64,000 nt of DNA from Acidimicrobiales bacterium. GTDB taxonomy: Bacteria > Actinomycetota > Acidimicrobiia > Acidimicrobiales > DATDAH01. The notes below the pieces were generated by a model, which saw only the letters and a list, made by a program, of their open reading frames with translations, searched no databases and was not told the DNA's origin. Location: contig JAYRVH010000007.1 in assembly GCA_041918615.1 (NCBI GenBank), positions 71,426 to 135,425 of the forward strand. Reading direction: 5' to 3'. This document shows positions 16,714 through 25,499 of this stretch, piece after piece. A program made the position numbers and the translations under genes. Every line of letters begins with the position of its first letter. Position 1 is the first letter of the stretch.

Positions 16714-19700
16714 GTGAAGTTCACGGTCACCCCGCTGGGCGGCGGACGGGCCGATGCGGCCCGTGTCGTGGACGCGATCGTTCGCTACCTCCAGCCGCCG
16801 CCCAAGGTCACGCCTTCGGGTCCTTCCCCGGCGTCGGGTGGGGATGGCCCGGCGCGGTACTACGCGGACCGGGGCGAGGAGCCGGGTCGGTGGCTCGGAC
16901 GGGCCGCTCATGACGCTGGGCTCGCCGGGGTCGTACAGCGGCCTGACCTTACAGCGGTCCTGGCGGGTCGGGACCCGCACACCGACCAGCGGCTCATCAC
17001 CGCTCAGGGCTCAGCAGGTCGGCGACCCACCCTCGGATCGGGGGCACACACCAAAGTCGGGGCCGACGGCGAACCGCTGTACGACGTGGCCGACACGGCG
17101 GCTGCGCTCGGGGTGTCACACCGCCAGGTCGAGCGGATGCTCGATGCCGGCACGGCCGTCGCACTCGGCTCCCTCGCTACGACCCTGGGGCCGCAATCAC
17201 CACCGGGAGGTCCAGCGGGACCTCCCGTGCGACCTCCCGACAGGGATACCGAAGCTCAGCGACCTCCCGCTGGACCTCCCGTCACCCCTGTAACCAGCAC
17301 GTTCGCGCAGCCGGGAGGCTCCTACCTCGTGCCCCTGGTCGAGGGCGACGGTTCGCGATGGGTGCGGGCCAGCGAGCTGGCCCGCTGCGACCGCGCCAGG
17401 GATGCCGGGGTGGAACCTGGCGAGATCCGGGCACTAGGGGCTCCCGACGATCACCTCGGCCTAGCCGAAGCTGCCCGCCTGATCGGGCTCACCAAGCAGT
17501 ACGTGCGCGGACTCGCCCGCTACCACAACGAACACCAAGTCGAGATCGAACGATCCCTCGCCGCCGGGCGCCACCCACGCAAAGCCTTCCTGGTCGCTCA
17601 CCGGGGCACGAAGGGGCAGTGGCTGGTCACCCGCGAGCACCTGGCCGAGTTCCTAGAACGCCGACGCCCACCTTCGGTGCGGGTCGGCTACGACCTCACA
17701 TTGACTACCGAGAAGTCCCTCGGCGTCCTCGCCCTCCTCGCTGACGACACGACTCGGGACACGGTGCTGGGGTCGATCCAGGCGGGGAACGATTGGGCGC
17801 TCGACTGGCTCGAGGACCACGCTGGGACGGGCCGCGTCGAGGGCCGTCAGGTCCAGGGCGACGGGTGGATGGTGGCGTCGTTCCGGCACCTCACCTCCCG
17901 AGCGCTTGACCCGTTCCCGCACCATCACAACGTGATCGCCAACACCGTCCGGCTCACTGACGGCACCCACCGGGCCCTCGACGCCCGTGGCCTCTACCAA
18001 CATGCCCAGGCGGCCTCAGCGCTCGCGACCGCTGAGATGCGCCACCAGCTCACCGAACTGCTCGGGGTGCGGTGGCGGCCAGGCCACAAGTCCGGCTGGG
18101 AGATCGACGGCATCACTAGGGATGTCATCGGCGAGTTCTCCAAGCGGCGCAACGAGATCGACGACGCCCTCCGCGAGCTCGAAGCAGAGATCGGACGAGG
18201 CGCGCATCCCAACGAGATCGAACACATCGTGCTGCGCACCCGCCCGGCCAAGAACCACGTCCCCGCTGACGACCTGATCGCCGCATGGCGGGAGCGCGCC
18301 GCTCGTCACGGCCTCACTCCCGACGCGCTCGCCGCGATCACGAGCCAGCAACTCAACGAGCAGACTGTCGATGCCAATGAGTTGTTCGCGTCGCTCGCCG
18401 GGCCCGACGGCATCTGCGCGGGAGGGTCTGTGTTCTCCCGGTCCGCGGCGCTGGCCGCGATAGCCAACCATCCCGTTCCCGCCACCGACGGCGACGAGGC
18501 CCAGCCGCTGCTGTGTGGAGCGCGCCGAATGATCGAACTGACCGACGAGTTCCTCGCCTCACCACACGTTGTCGCGCTCACCGAAGCTGACGACCCCTTG
18601 TTCACCACAATCGAGATGCTCGACGTGCAGGAGCGCATCACCGCTCGGTTCACCAAGGGTCTCCACCGCGCCGCACACCTCGTCCCCGACGAGCAGGTCG
18701 ACGCCACGGTCGGCCGCCACCCACACCTGACCGCTGAACAGCAACGGCTGGTCACCGAGTGGTGCCAGCGCGGTCACCGGTTCCAAGCCGCCATCGGTCG
18801 CGCCGGAGCGGGCAAGACCACCACGGTCGCCGCCTGCGCCGATGCGTGGACCGCCGAGGGCTACCGAGTCGTCGGTGCCGCGGTGAAGGGAGAAGCGACC
18901 CGGACGCTCGCGGCCGCTACCGGGATCGAGTGCGAGACCGTCGCCTGGTATCTCGCCCACACCGACCCGCACAGCCTTCCGCTCGATGCACGGACGATCC
19001 TCGTCGTCGACGAAGCGTCCACGCTCTCGGACCGCGACCTCGACACCCTCATGGGCATGGCCGCCACCACTGGCGCCAGCCTCCGACTCGTCGGTGACCC
19101 CGCCCAGCACGGCGCCATTGCCGCCGGCGGCATGTTCCGAGTGCTGTGCGAACGCCATCCGCAGCACACCCCAGAGCTGACCACCACGCACCGGCTCCAG
19201 AACCCCCACGATCGCGCTGCCGCCCAGGCTCTCCGTGAAGGTCGGATCGATGAGGCCTTCGACGAACTGGCCACGGCCGGACACCTCCATGTCGTCGGCG
19301 ACGACCTCACCATGTACCGCCATGTCCTCGGCCACTGGTGGGACGCCCACCGAGACGGACTGGATCACCCGATGGTCGACCGTCGCAACAGCACCCGCCG
19401 CCAGCTCAACCGCCTGGCTCACCTCCTCCGCCAAGTGAATGGCGAACTCGGCGACGAGGAGATCCGAGCCAGCGGGGGTCGAGCCTTCGCCGTTGGCGAC
19501 CGCATCACCGCCCGCGCCCCGAACCGCGATCTTCACGTCGAGGGCGACCGACGCGCCTACGTCCGCAACGGCGCCCTCGGCACCGTCGTCGCCGTCCACC
19601 GGCACCGCCGAGACAGCGCGCGCGACACGCTCTCCGTGGCGTTCGACGGGATCGGCAGCATCGAAATCCCACGGACCTTCTTCGACCTCCACAGGACCCC

Positions 19701-20037
19701 GGCCGGTCGACCCGAGGTCGGGATCGATCACGCCTACGCGTTGACCAGCTACGCCGTCCAGGGCTCAACCCGTGACATCTCCACCAGCCGGGTGGACGCC
19801 ACTGCGACCCGCTCCGAGACTTACGTGGACATCACCCGAGGACGATACGAGAACCACCTCTACCTCACTGCTACAACCGACCCGCTGGACGGTGAAGCCC
19901 TGCCCCGCATCCCGCCCGCTCCCGCCGACCTCGCCGTCGCCGAACGCCTGCACCGCTCCACCGGCGAGCTGACCGCGTGGGAACTCGCTCACCCCGCTGA
20001 CCAGAGCGAGGCGAGGGATCAGGCCGTCGGAATCTGA
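16714..20037 (+). CDS. MobF-family relaxase (TrwC/TraA-like) fused to a RecD-like helicase
   Basis: The GTG at 16714 gives VKFTVTPLGG. The relaxase motifs are ARYYADRGEEPGRWLG, GYDLTLTTEKSLGVL and RALDPFPHHHNVIAN (His triad). The helicase motifs are GRAGAGKTTTVAA, LVVDEASTL, LVGDPAQHGAI and ALTSYAVQGST. Confidence 0.9.
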   Translation: MKFTVTPLGGGRADAARVVDAIVRYLQPPPKVTPSGPSPASGGDGPARYYADRGEEPGRWLGRAAHDAGLAGVVQRPDLTAVLAGRDPHTDQRLITAQGSAGRRPTLGSGAHTKVGADGEPLYDVADTAAALGVSHRQVERMLDAGTAVALGSLATTLGPQSPPGGPAGPPVRPPDRDTEAQRPPAGPPVTPVTSTFAQPGGSYLVPLVEGDGSRWVRASELARCDRARDAGVEPGEIRALGAPDDHLGLAEAARLIGLTKQYVRGLARYHNEHQVEIERSLAAGRHPRKAFLVAHRGTKGQWLVTREHLAEFLERRRPPSVRVGYDLTLTTEKSLGVLALLADDTTRDTVLGSIQAGNDWALDWLEDHAGTGRVEGRQVQGDGWMVASFRHLTSRALDPFPHHHNVIANTVRLTDGTHRALDARGLYQHAQAASALATAEMRHQLTELLGVRWRPGHKSGWEIDGITRDVIGEFSKRRNEIDDALRELEAEIGRGAHPNEIEHIVLRTRPAKNHVPADDLIAAWRERAARHGLTPDALAAITSQQLNEQTVDANELFASLAGPDGICAGGSVFSRSAALAAIANHPVPATDGDEAQPLLCGARRMIELTDEFLASPHVVALTEADDPLFTTIEMLDVQERITARFTKGLHRAAHLVPDEQVDATVGRHPHLTAEQQRLVTEWCQRGHRFQAAIGRAGAGKTTTVAACADAWTAEGYRVVGAAVKGEATRTLAAATGIECETVAWYLAHTDPHSLPLDARTILVVDEASTLSDRDLDTLMGMAATTGASLRLVGDPAQHGAIAAGGMFRVLCERHPQHTPELTTTHRLQNPHDRAAAQALREGRIDEAFDELATAGHLHVVGDDLTMYRHVLGHWWDAHRDGLDHPMVDRRNSTRRQLNRLAHLLRQVNGELGDEEIRASGGRAFAVGDRITARAPNRDLHVEGDRRAYVRNGALGTVVAVHRHRRDSARDTLSVAFDGIGSIEIPRTFFDLHRTPAGRPEVGIDHAYALTSYAVQGSTRDISTSRVDATATRSETYVDITRGRYENHLYLTATTDPLDGEALPRIPPAPADLAVAERLHRSTGELTAWELAHPADQSEARDQAVGI
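17204..17281 (+). repeat. five further GACCTCCCG copies inside the relaxase ORF, including a 10-4-10 palindrome
   Basis: CGGGAGGTCC-AGCG-GGACCTCCCG spans 17204-17227. Direct copies lie at 17219 and 17231 (12-bp step) and at 17261 and 17273 (12-bp step). They encode GGPAGPPVRPPD...RPPAGPPV. Confidence 0.85.
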
Positions 20038-20107
20038 GGTTCCTCGCGAAGTGCTGGCGCCGCCCGGGGCCTACGTAGACAGACCACCGACCATCGAGGA
20101 GAACCCG

Positions 20108-20329
20108 ATGTCTGCCACCGAGACCGACACCTCGACCGAGGTGCTCACCATCGACGAAGCCGCCGCCATCCTGCGCATCAGTCGCAACGCCGCCTACGCC
20201 GCCGCCCGCCAGTGGAGGGCCACCGGCGGCGACGCCGGCCTCCCCTGCATCGAGATCGGTCGAACCCTTCGCGTCCCCCGCGCCGATCTCGACCGGCTCC
20301 TCGGACGTACCGCCAGCGGTGCGCTCTGA
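20108..20329 (+). CDS. xis: excisionase-family helix-turn-helix protein
   Basis: The ATG at 20108 has a GAGGAG RBS. VLTIDEAAAILRISRNAAYAAARQW...IEIGRTLRVPRADLDRLL is the MerR-like excisionase HTH pattern. Confidence 0.7.
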   Translation: MSATETDTSTEVLTIDEAAAILRISRNAAYAAARQWRATGGDAGLPCIEIGRTLRVPRADLDRLLGRTASGAL

Positions 20330-20416
20330 GACGGCCCAGTCCGAGCCATCGCCTGCCCGTCGCGCCGACTCGACAAGGCTGGAGGCTGGCGGCCTTGGAG
20401 CGGATCGCAAAACCGT

Positions 20417-20432
20417 GCGAACATCTGTTCGC
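20417..20432. promoter_or_regulatory. LexA-type SOS box gCGAAC-ATCT-GTTCGc
   Basis: Perfect match to the Gram-positive/actinobacterial CGAAC-N4-GTTCG core. It lies 21 nt upstream of the DUF5131 GTG and 9 nt before its GAGAGGAGG RBS. Confidence 0.6.
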
Positions 20433-20452
20433 TTCGATCGAGAGGAGGATCC

Positions 20453-21199
20453 GTGGCACAGAGGTCAGACATCGAATGGACCGACGCGACGTGGAACCCG
20501 ACGACTGGATGCGACCGGACATCGCCCGGGTGTGACAACTGCTATGCGCTCGCGCTGGCGAAGCGACTTAAAGCGATGGGCGTCGACAGATACCAAAACG
20601 ACGGCGATGCTCGCACGAGCGGACCGGGATTCAGGCTGACCACGCACGAGGACCTCGTCGAAGTGCCCTACCGGTGGAAGAACCCCCGGCTGGTGTTCGT
20701 GAACTCCATGAGCGACCTCTTCCACGACGACGTGCCCGAGGACTTCATCCGGCGGATCTTCACAGTCATGGCCGAGACACCGCGCCACACGTACCAGATC
20801 CTGTCCAAGCGGACGAAGCGGCTCACCAGGCTCGCGCCGAACCTGGACTGGCCAACGAACGTGTGGATGGGCACCAGCGTTGAGACCGCCCCCTATCGGT
20901 TCCGAATCGACCATTTACGCGAGGTCCCTGCCGCCGTCCGGTTCGTCTCGGCTGAGCCGCTCCTGGGCCCACTTGGTCGCGTGGACTTGGAGGGCATCGA
21001 CTGGGTGATCGCTGGCGGCGAGTCAGGACCGCGAGCGCGACCCATGGACATCGCGTGGGGTCGCGACCTCCGCGACCAATGCCTTACCCAAGGGGTCAAG
21101 TTCTTCTTCAAGCAGTGGGGGGGCCGCACTCCGAAGGCTGGCGGCCGTGAGCTTGACGGCCGGACGTGGGACGACATGCCAATTCCAGCAGCGGTGTAG
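20453..21199 (+). CDS. DUF5131 / phage Gp37-Gp68 family protein (three-Cys motif)
   Basis: [26 protein letters not shown] carries C-x6-C-x2-[34 protein letters not shown] and FFFKQWGG are the family pattern as I remember it. Confidence 0.8.
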   Translation: MAQRSDIEWTDATWNPTTGCDRTSPGCDNCYALALAKRLKAMGVDRYQNDGDARTSGPGFRLTTHEDLVEVPYRWKNPRLVFVNSMSDLFHDDVPEDFIRRIFTVMAETPRHTYQILSKRTKRLTRLAPNLDWPTNVWMGTSVETAPYRFRIDHLREVPAAVRFVSAEPLLGPLGRVDLEGIDWVIAGGESGPRARPMDIAWGRDLRDQCLTQGVKFFFKQWGGRTPKAGGRELDGRTWDDMPIPAAV

Positions 21200-21206
21200 G
21201 GGCTCT

Positions 21207-22364
21207 ATGCCAGCGAGTACCGCCTTCTTCGGGCAGCGAAACGCCCAGGCAGTCCTCAAACACGGGGTCCTGGCCCGCTATGCGCACTACTTCGCGGGGC
21301 GGGCAGGCGCTGCGACACAGGGGCGCGTCGCATTCATCGATGGGTACGCGGGCGAAGGGCGCTACAAGGACGGCAGCCCCGGTTCTCCCCTGCTCCTCGC
21401 ATCCCAGGCGACCCGAGCCGAGATGTTCGGCCGCGAAGTGAAGCTCGCCTTCGTCGAGCAGGACGATGCCCGCCGACTTCGGCTCCAGCGATCCCTCGAC
21501 GACAACCAAGTCGAGGCCGACCAGATCCTGGACGGCGACCTCGAATCAGTCGTTGATGGCCTGATCGACAGGTACGAACGACACGCGATTCTCCTCTTCG
21601 TCGATCCCTTCGGCCTGGCCTTCAGTCAAGTGACGCTGAAGCGCATCCTGGGCCGCCGGACCCGCCAGCAGCCGATCGATGTTCTCTACCACTTCAGCCT
21701 CTCGACGGTGGCCCGCATGGGCCGCGCTGGTGTCCTCGGTGGACCGACATCGCAACAGAACGCGGCGCGGCTGGACACTGCCCTCGGCGGGGTGGACTGG
21801 CGACACGACTTCGACACAGCCGACGACCCCAACGCTCCCACGCTGGCTGCGCTCGAGGTTGCGAGGCGGTTCGGATCCTCGGTGGGCGAGGCGGCCAACG
21901 TACCGAGTACTGGCGTGCCCGTCCGTCAGCGTCCTGGGCAGCTGCCGAAGTACGTCCTGATGCTGTTCTCTGCCGATCCGAAGGCCCACTGGGACTACGC
22001 CGACGTAGCGGGCAAGACGCATGTGGACTGGCTGCACCACTGCGACCACACGGACTACGAAGCGAACATTCAGCTACGTGCAGAAGCCGGCGTCCTTTCC
22101 CTGTTCGAGGAACCTGAACCCGACAAGGACGAGATCGAGCAGCAGATTCGCCGCGAGTCCCTTGCCTACCTCCCTGACCATTTGGCCGAGCTCGTCCGCA
22201 CGCGAGAGTCCCTTCGACCTGTCGATGCGGTGCAGGAGACCTACGGTGAACAGCTCGGTCTTGCTCGAGCAACCCATGTGCGCGCGGCGCTCCAGCAGTT
22301 GCACCGACAGGGCGTCATCGCCGATGACGCCACCGGAGACTTCTGGACGAGATCAATCCGATAG
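21207..22364 (+). CDS. three-Cys-motif partner protein TcmP-like
   Basis: The ATG at 21207 lies 8 nt after the DUF5131 stop. AVLKHGVLARYAHYF...VAFIDGYAGEGRYKDGSPGSPLL...LLFVDPFGL matches the TcmP N-terminal pattern and its invariable adjacency to DUF5131. The C-terminus looks like a winged helix. Confidence 0.7.
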   Translation: MPASTAFFGQRNAQAVLKHGVLARYAHYFAGRAGAATQGRVAFIDGYAGEGRYKDGSPGSPLLLASQATRAEMFGREVKLAFVEQDDARRLRLQRSLDDNQVEADQILDGDLESVVDGLIDRYERHAILLFVDPFGLAFSQVTLKRILGRRTRQQPIDVLYHFSLSTVARMGRAGVLGGPTSQQNAARLDTALGGVDWRHDFDTADDPNAPTLAALEVARRFGSSVGEAANVPSTGVPVRQRPGQLPKYVLMLFSADPKAHWDYADVAGKTHVDWLHHCDHTDYEANIQLRAEAGVLSLFEEPEPDKDEIEQQIRRESLAYLPDHLAELVRTRESLRPVDAVQETYGEQLGLARATHVRAALQQLHRQGVIADDATGDFWTRSIR

Positions 22365-22384
22365 AACCCGGAGCGGCTGATCGG

Positions 22385-23668
22385 TCAGTTCTCGATCACG
22401 TCAGGTGTGTCCCGCTGGCGGCGAGCCGAGGCTGAGCATGCCTCCTCTGGCAGCTCGTCGTCTTCGCCGCCGTCGCCACGGCTCGCATCGGGCCTCGCCT
22501 TGTTCCGCTCGTTGCGGAGAAGCAACGAGAACGTGTCGGCGGCGGCGGCCTGCATTCCGGGCAGGACATGCTGATACACGTTCATGGTGAAGGCGACGTT
22601 GGCATGACCAAGGCGCTCGCTGACGACCTTGACGTTGACGCCGGCCTTGAGCAGCAGGGTCGCGTGGGTGTGGCGGAGATCGTGCAATGAGATGTCCGGG
22701 ATTTCGATCTTGGCGACGGTGCGGTCGAAGAGCTGGCTGAAGATGTCCGGGTGCATCGAGGTGCCGTCGGCCTTGACGAACACGAGGTCGTCGGCCGTCG
22801 GCTGCACGCCGTCGCGCTCCTCGGTGCGGTTCTTGTGCCAGTCCTTCAGCACCTGGGCGACGTTGTCGTCGATGTCGATGGTGCGACGGCTGGTTGTGGT
22901 CTTCACATCCGAGATCGAGACCTCGTAGGCCACCGACACCAGGGCCTGACGGACAGACACCCGACCGGCGTCGAGGTCGAGGTCCCGCCAGCGCACCCCG
23001 AGCACCTCGCCCCGGCGCATACCGGTGTATGCCGAGAAGTAGAACGCCGGGGCCATCCGGTGCGGGGCGATCGCATCGAGGAACCGGACGAGCTGGTCGA
23101 TCTCCCACGCCTTGATCTCGGGGCGCTTGCGAGCCTGGAGCGACGGGGCGTCGGCGAGAGCGACGACGTTGCGGACGACGGTGCCCTTGCGGGCCGCGTC
23201 TCCGAGCGCCTTGTTCAGCATCACGTGGATGTTGTGCACCGTCTTGGGTGCCAGGCCCTTCGTCGGGCCCTTCTCGCCGGGGCGCTTCTTGCGGCCGGAC
23301 TTGAGCAGCGCCGCATAGAACAGGTCGATGTCCTCGGGGGTCAGCTCGTCGAGCTGGCGCTTGCCGAGCGCTGGGATCACGTGCAACTCGATGTTGCGCC
23401 GGTAGGCGTCATGGGTACTTCTGCGCAGCCGGGCCTCCTGGACTGGCAGCCACCGGTCGGTCAGGTAGTCGCCGAGTGTGATCCTCTCGCTCACCACGGT
23501 CTCGCCGCCGTGGCTGCGCTTCACCAACTCCGCGAGCAGTTTCTCCGCGTCCCCGCGCCGTGTGCCCGCCTGGACCCACCGCCGCCGGTACTGGCCGGTC
23601 GCTGGGTTCACGCCGTCGTAGACGACGGCATACCACTTCTTGCCCTTCTTCTGGATGGTTCCGCGCAT
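22385..23668 (-). CDS. int: tyrosine-type site-specific integrase
   Basis: The ATG at 23668 gives MRGTIQKKGKKWYAVVYDG (an arm-binding-type N-terminus). A SAM-like core-binding region follows. The catalytic residues appear as ...MRRGEVLGVRWRDLD...HDLRHTHATLLL...LGHANVAFTMNVYQH (R..HxxR..Y). Confidence 0.9.
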   Translation of the reverse strand: MRGTIQKKGKKWYAVVYDGVNPATGQYRRRWVQAGTRRGDAEKLLAELVKRSHGGETVVSERITLGDYLTDRWLPVQEARLRRSTHDAYRRNIELHVIPALGKRQLDELTPEDIDLFYAALLKSGRKKRPGEKGPTKGLAPKTVHNIHVMLNKALGDAARKGTVVRNVVALADAPSLQARKRPEIKAWEIDQLVRFLDAIAPHRMAPAFYFSAYTGMRRGEVLGVRWRDLDLDAGRVSVRQALVSVAYEVSISDVKTTTSRRTIDIDDNVAQVLKDWHKNRTEERDGVQPTADDLVFVKADGTSMHPDIFSQLFDRTVAKIEIPDISLHDLRHTHATLLLKAGVNVKVVSERLGHANVAFTMNVYQHVLPGMQAAAADTFSLLLRNERNKARPDASRGDGGEDDELPEEACSASARRQRDTPDVIEN

Positions 23669-23919
23669 CAGCGTCCCCTTCGGATCGAACCGTGTGGGGA
23701 CATCGAGCAGCGGACGAGGCCGGCGATCCCGCGACGTCCGGCGGGGATCTGGCGCTGCACCTTCGACCATACGCCTCGAGAACCCGAAGATCGACCCCCA
23801 GGGTGGTACGGGGCTCGATCGGAATGCCGGCTCAGGCCCCTCCGCGACCCCATCGCGTGGGGCTGAGATCCCGTCTCGTGGCGCTGCGTACCGGCGCCGA
23901 GTGGTCGATCCCAGGCCGC

Positions 23920-23941
23920 ACAGTAGAAAAAACAGTAGAAA
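23920..23941 (+). repeat. two perfect ACAGTAGAAA direct repeats 12 bp apart (possible integrase/Xis arm-type sites)
   Basis: The copies are at 23920-23929 and 23932-23941. They form an AT-rich patch in otherwise GC-rich DNA between int and the tRNA. Confidence 0.4.
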
Positions 23942-23961
23942 TTCGGCTGCCGGGGCATGGG

Positions 23962-23995
23962 AGAGGCCCTCCTCGATGTCTCGAAAAGGGCCTCT
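23962..23995 (-). terminator. 9-bp stem hairpin just downstream of the tRNA 3' end
   Basis: AGAGGCCCT-16 nt-AGGGCCTCT. On the minus strand a T-run (TTTTTT) follows only about 30 nt later, so terminator function is uncertain. Confidence 0.3.
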
Positions 23996-24011
23996 GACCA
24001 GGTACTTCAGT

Positions 24012-24088
<77 letters not shown>

Positions 24089-24418
24089 TCGTGCAGGGTA
24101 GCGGCCCACGGCCTGGATGCAAAGCGGATGCCCCCACGGAGACAAGCTTCCGCGCACGGCCACGCCGGGCGGCGGTGACCCGGACGTTCAAGGGCTAGGG
24201 CGCTCGCTCTGCGCGGGGCGGGAAGGCCGGCACCATGCTCGGCGTCAGTAGGAAAGGCCCAGACGATTCGCGCGCCAGGCCGAGGACCAACACCATCCAG
24301 GCGGTACACGGCGACGGCGGCCGCGAGCACACAAGAAGACACCCCGCCAACATGACCCAACACTGATCTTCACTGACACGAGCCAACCACGATCGCTCGC
24401 TGCCGCAACGTCGGACCG

Positions 24419-24799
24419 TCAGTGCGAATCGAGGTAGCGCATGGCGTTGACCACGTTGCCTTCGGTGTCAAGGAACTGCACCAGCGTGCCGACGGTGGGG
24501 ATCTCCAAGCCGGCCATGACCACCGTGCCCCCCTTCGCCTCCACTGCGACGGTGATGGCCCCGACGTCGTCGACCGCCACCGTGCACTCGAAGCCTCGCA
24601 TGCCGGTGCCGTCGAGCGGCTCCGTGCGAGCGTGCAGCGCCCCCTCGATGCCCGGATCATCGTCGGTGCCGGTGTGGATCCTGAAGAAGCCGGGCGGGCC
24701 CCACGCCTCGAAGCGCCACCCGAACACCGCCTCGTAGAACGCCCGGGCCCGGTCGACGTCGTCGGCGTGGATGGCGAAGTGGGCTACATGGTTCGACAC
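24419..24799 (-). CDS. VOC/glyoxalase-fold family protein
   Basis: The GTG at 24799 gives VSNHVAHFAIHADDVDRARAFYEAVFGWRFE...GTLVQFLDTEGNVV, a typical glyoxalase/bleomycin-resistance fold pattern. Confidence 0.7.
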   Translation of the reverse strand: MSNHVAHFAIHADDVDRARAFYEAVFGWRFEAWGPPGFFRIHTGTDDDPGIEGALHARTEPLDGTGMRGFECTVAVDDVGAITVAVEAKGGTVVMAGLEIPTVGTLVQFLDTEGNVVNAMRYLDSH

Positions 24800-24926
24800 A
24801 CCGCCAACGCTAGGCGATCCGCGCCCCGGCGATCGGTGCCGCGTTGATCCACTCCGCATGATGCGTACCGGCAGCGTCGCGACCCTGCGCCGAACGGCGG
24901 CTGATCTGCGCCGCGGCGGCCGATGC

Positions 24927-25235
24927 TCAGCAACCGGCCGCAGCCGCCTGCACCCGACAGGCCTCAGCCATGCGGGGCGGCGACAACGTCGTGACCCGGC
25001 GGCGCAGGGCCGATCGGGCAACCGTGTGGACGTTGTCGAAATTCACCACGCAGTCCGTGGGCACGCCGTCGCGGTCGACGCGCAGCTCGAGCTCGGAGAC
25101 CAGCCCCCGGCTCGTGCGGGTGAGCGCCGCGACCACGACCGAGCCGATCCGATCCGCGACCGGGTCACGCGTCAACACGAGCACGGGCCGATCGCCACCG
25201 GATGTTGCTGCGAACCAAATTTCACCCCGCCGCAT
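24927..25235 (-). CDS. mazF: MazF/PemK-family type II toxin
   Basis: MRRGEIWFAATSGGDRPVLVLTRD...VVAALTRTSRGL...CVVNFDNVHTV is the PemK/MazF pattern. Confidence 0.75.
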   Translation of the reverse strand: MRRGEIWFAATSGGDRPVLVLTRDPVADRIGSVVVAALTRTSRGLVSELELRVDRDGVPTDCVVNFDNVHTVARSALRRRVTTLSPPRMAEACRVQAAAAGC

Positions 25236-25473
25236 CGGACCACTCCGTCCACTCCTCGGCGGGACCCCAGTCGGCGATCTCGGCGAGCGAGGACTCGCCC
25301 GCGTCGAGTGGTGTGGCGATCCACGTGCCGGCATCCCGCTCGCTGGCCAACCGGAGCAGGTGCAGGCGAAGCGCGTCTCGGAGCAGTTCCGACCGATCGA
25401 TCTCCAGCTGGGCAGCCCACGCCCCTGCCTCGGCGGCGATCGCACCGTCGACACGGAAACTCAGCATCGTCAT
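25222..25473 (-). CDS. type II antitoxin (RHH/MazE-like)
   Basis: An 83-aa acidic protein (MTMLSFRVDGAIAAEAGAWAAQLEIDRSELLRDALRLHLLRL). It overlaps the toxin start by 14 nt. Confidence 0.65.
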   Translation of the reverse strand: MTMLSFRVDGAIAAEAGAWAAQLEIDRSELLRDALRLHLLRLASERDAGTWIATPLDAGESSLAEIADWGPAEEWTEWSDAAG

Positions 25474-25495
25474 ACATTCTTACTCTACTGTATGA
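25470..25495. promoter_or_regulatory. 7-bp inverted repeat TCATACA-N12-TGTATGA at the antitoxin start
   Basis: Read directly from the sequence. It is an AT-rich patch and a possible TA operator. Confidence 0.3.
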
Positions 25496-25499
25496 CACC

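Larger units (their letters stand above)
15159..24011. mobile_element. tRNA-integrated mobilisable/conjugative element, right-hand module (left boundary not determined; it may extend to about 4.4 kb or beyond)
   Basis: The integrase sits next to the tRNA 3' end. An excisionase, a MobF relaxase and a candidate oriT are also present. I could not find a second copy of the tRNA 3' segment in the window. Confidence 0.5.

Noticed and set aside
17892-17900. Additional CACCTCCCG copy inside the relaxase gene
   Set aside because: It is isolated and not phased with other copies. It encodes part of the conserved RHLTSRALDPF relaxase motif, so it is probably coincidental.
18559-19731. 390-aa ORF on the minus strand
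   Set aside because: It lies entirely antisense to the helicase part of the relaxase, which has canonical motifs. Its composition is that of a shadow ORF.
24089-24418. 330-bp non-coding gap after the tRNA, as a possible ncRNA
   Set aside because: I saw no conserved structure, repeats or terminator-like hairpin. It most likely contains the tRNA promoter and leader.
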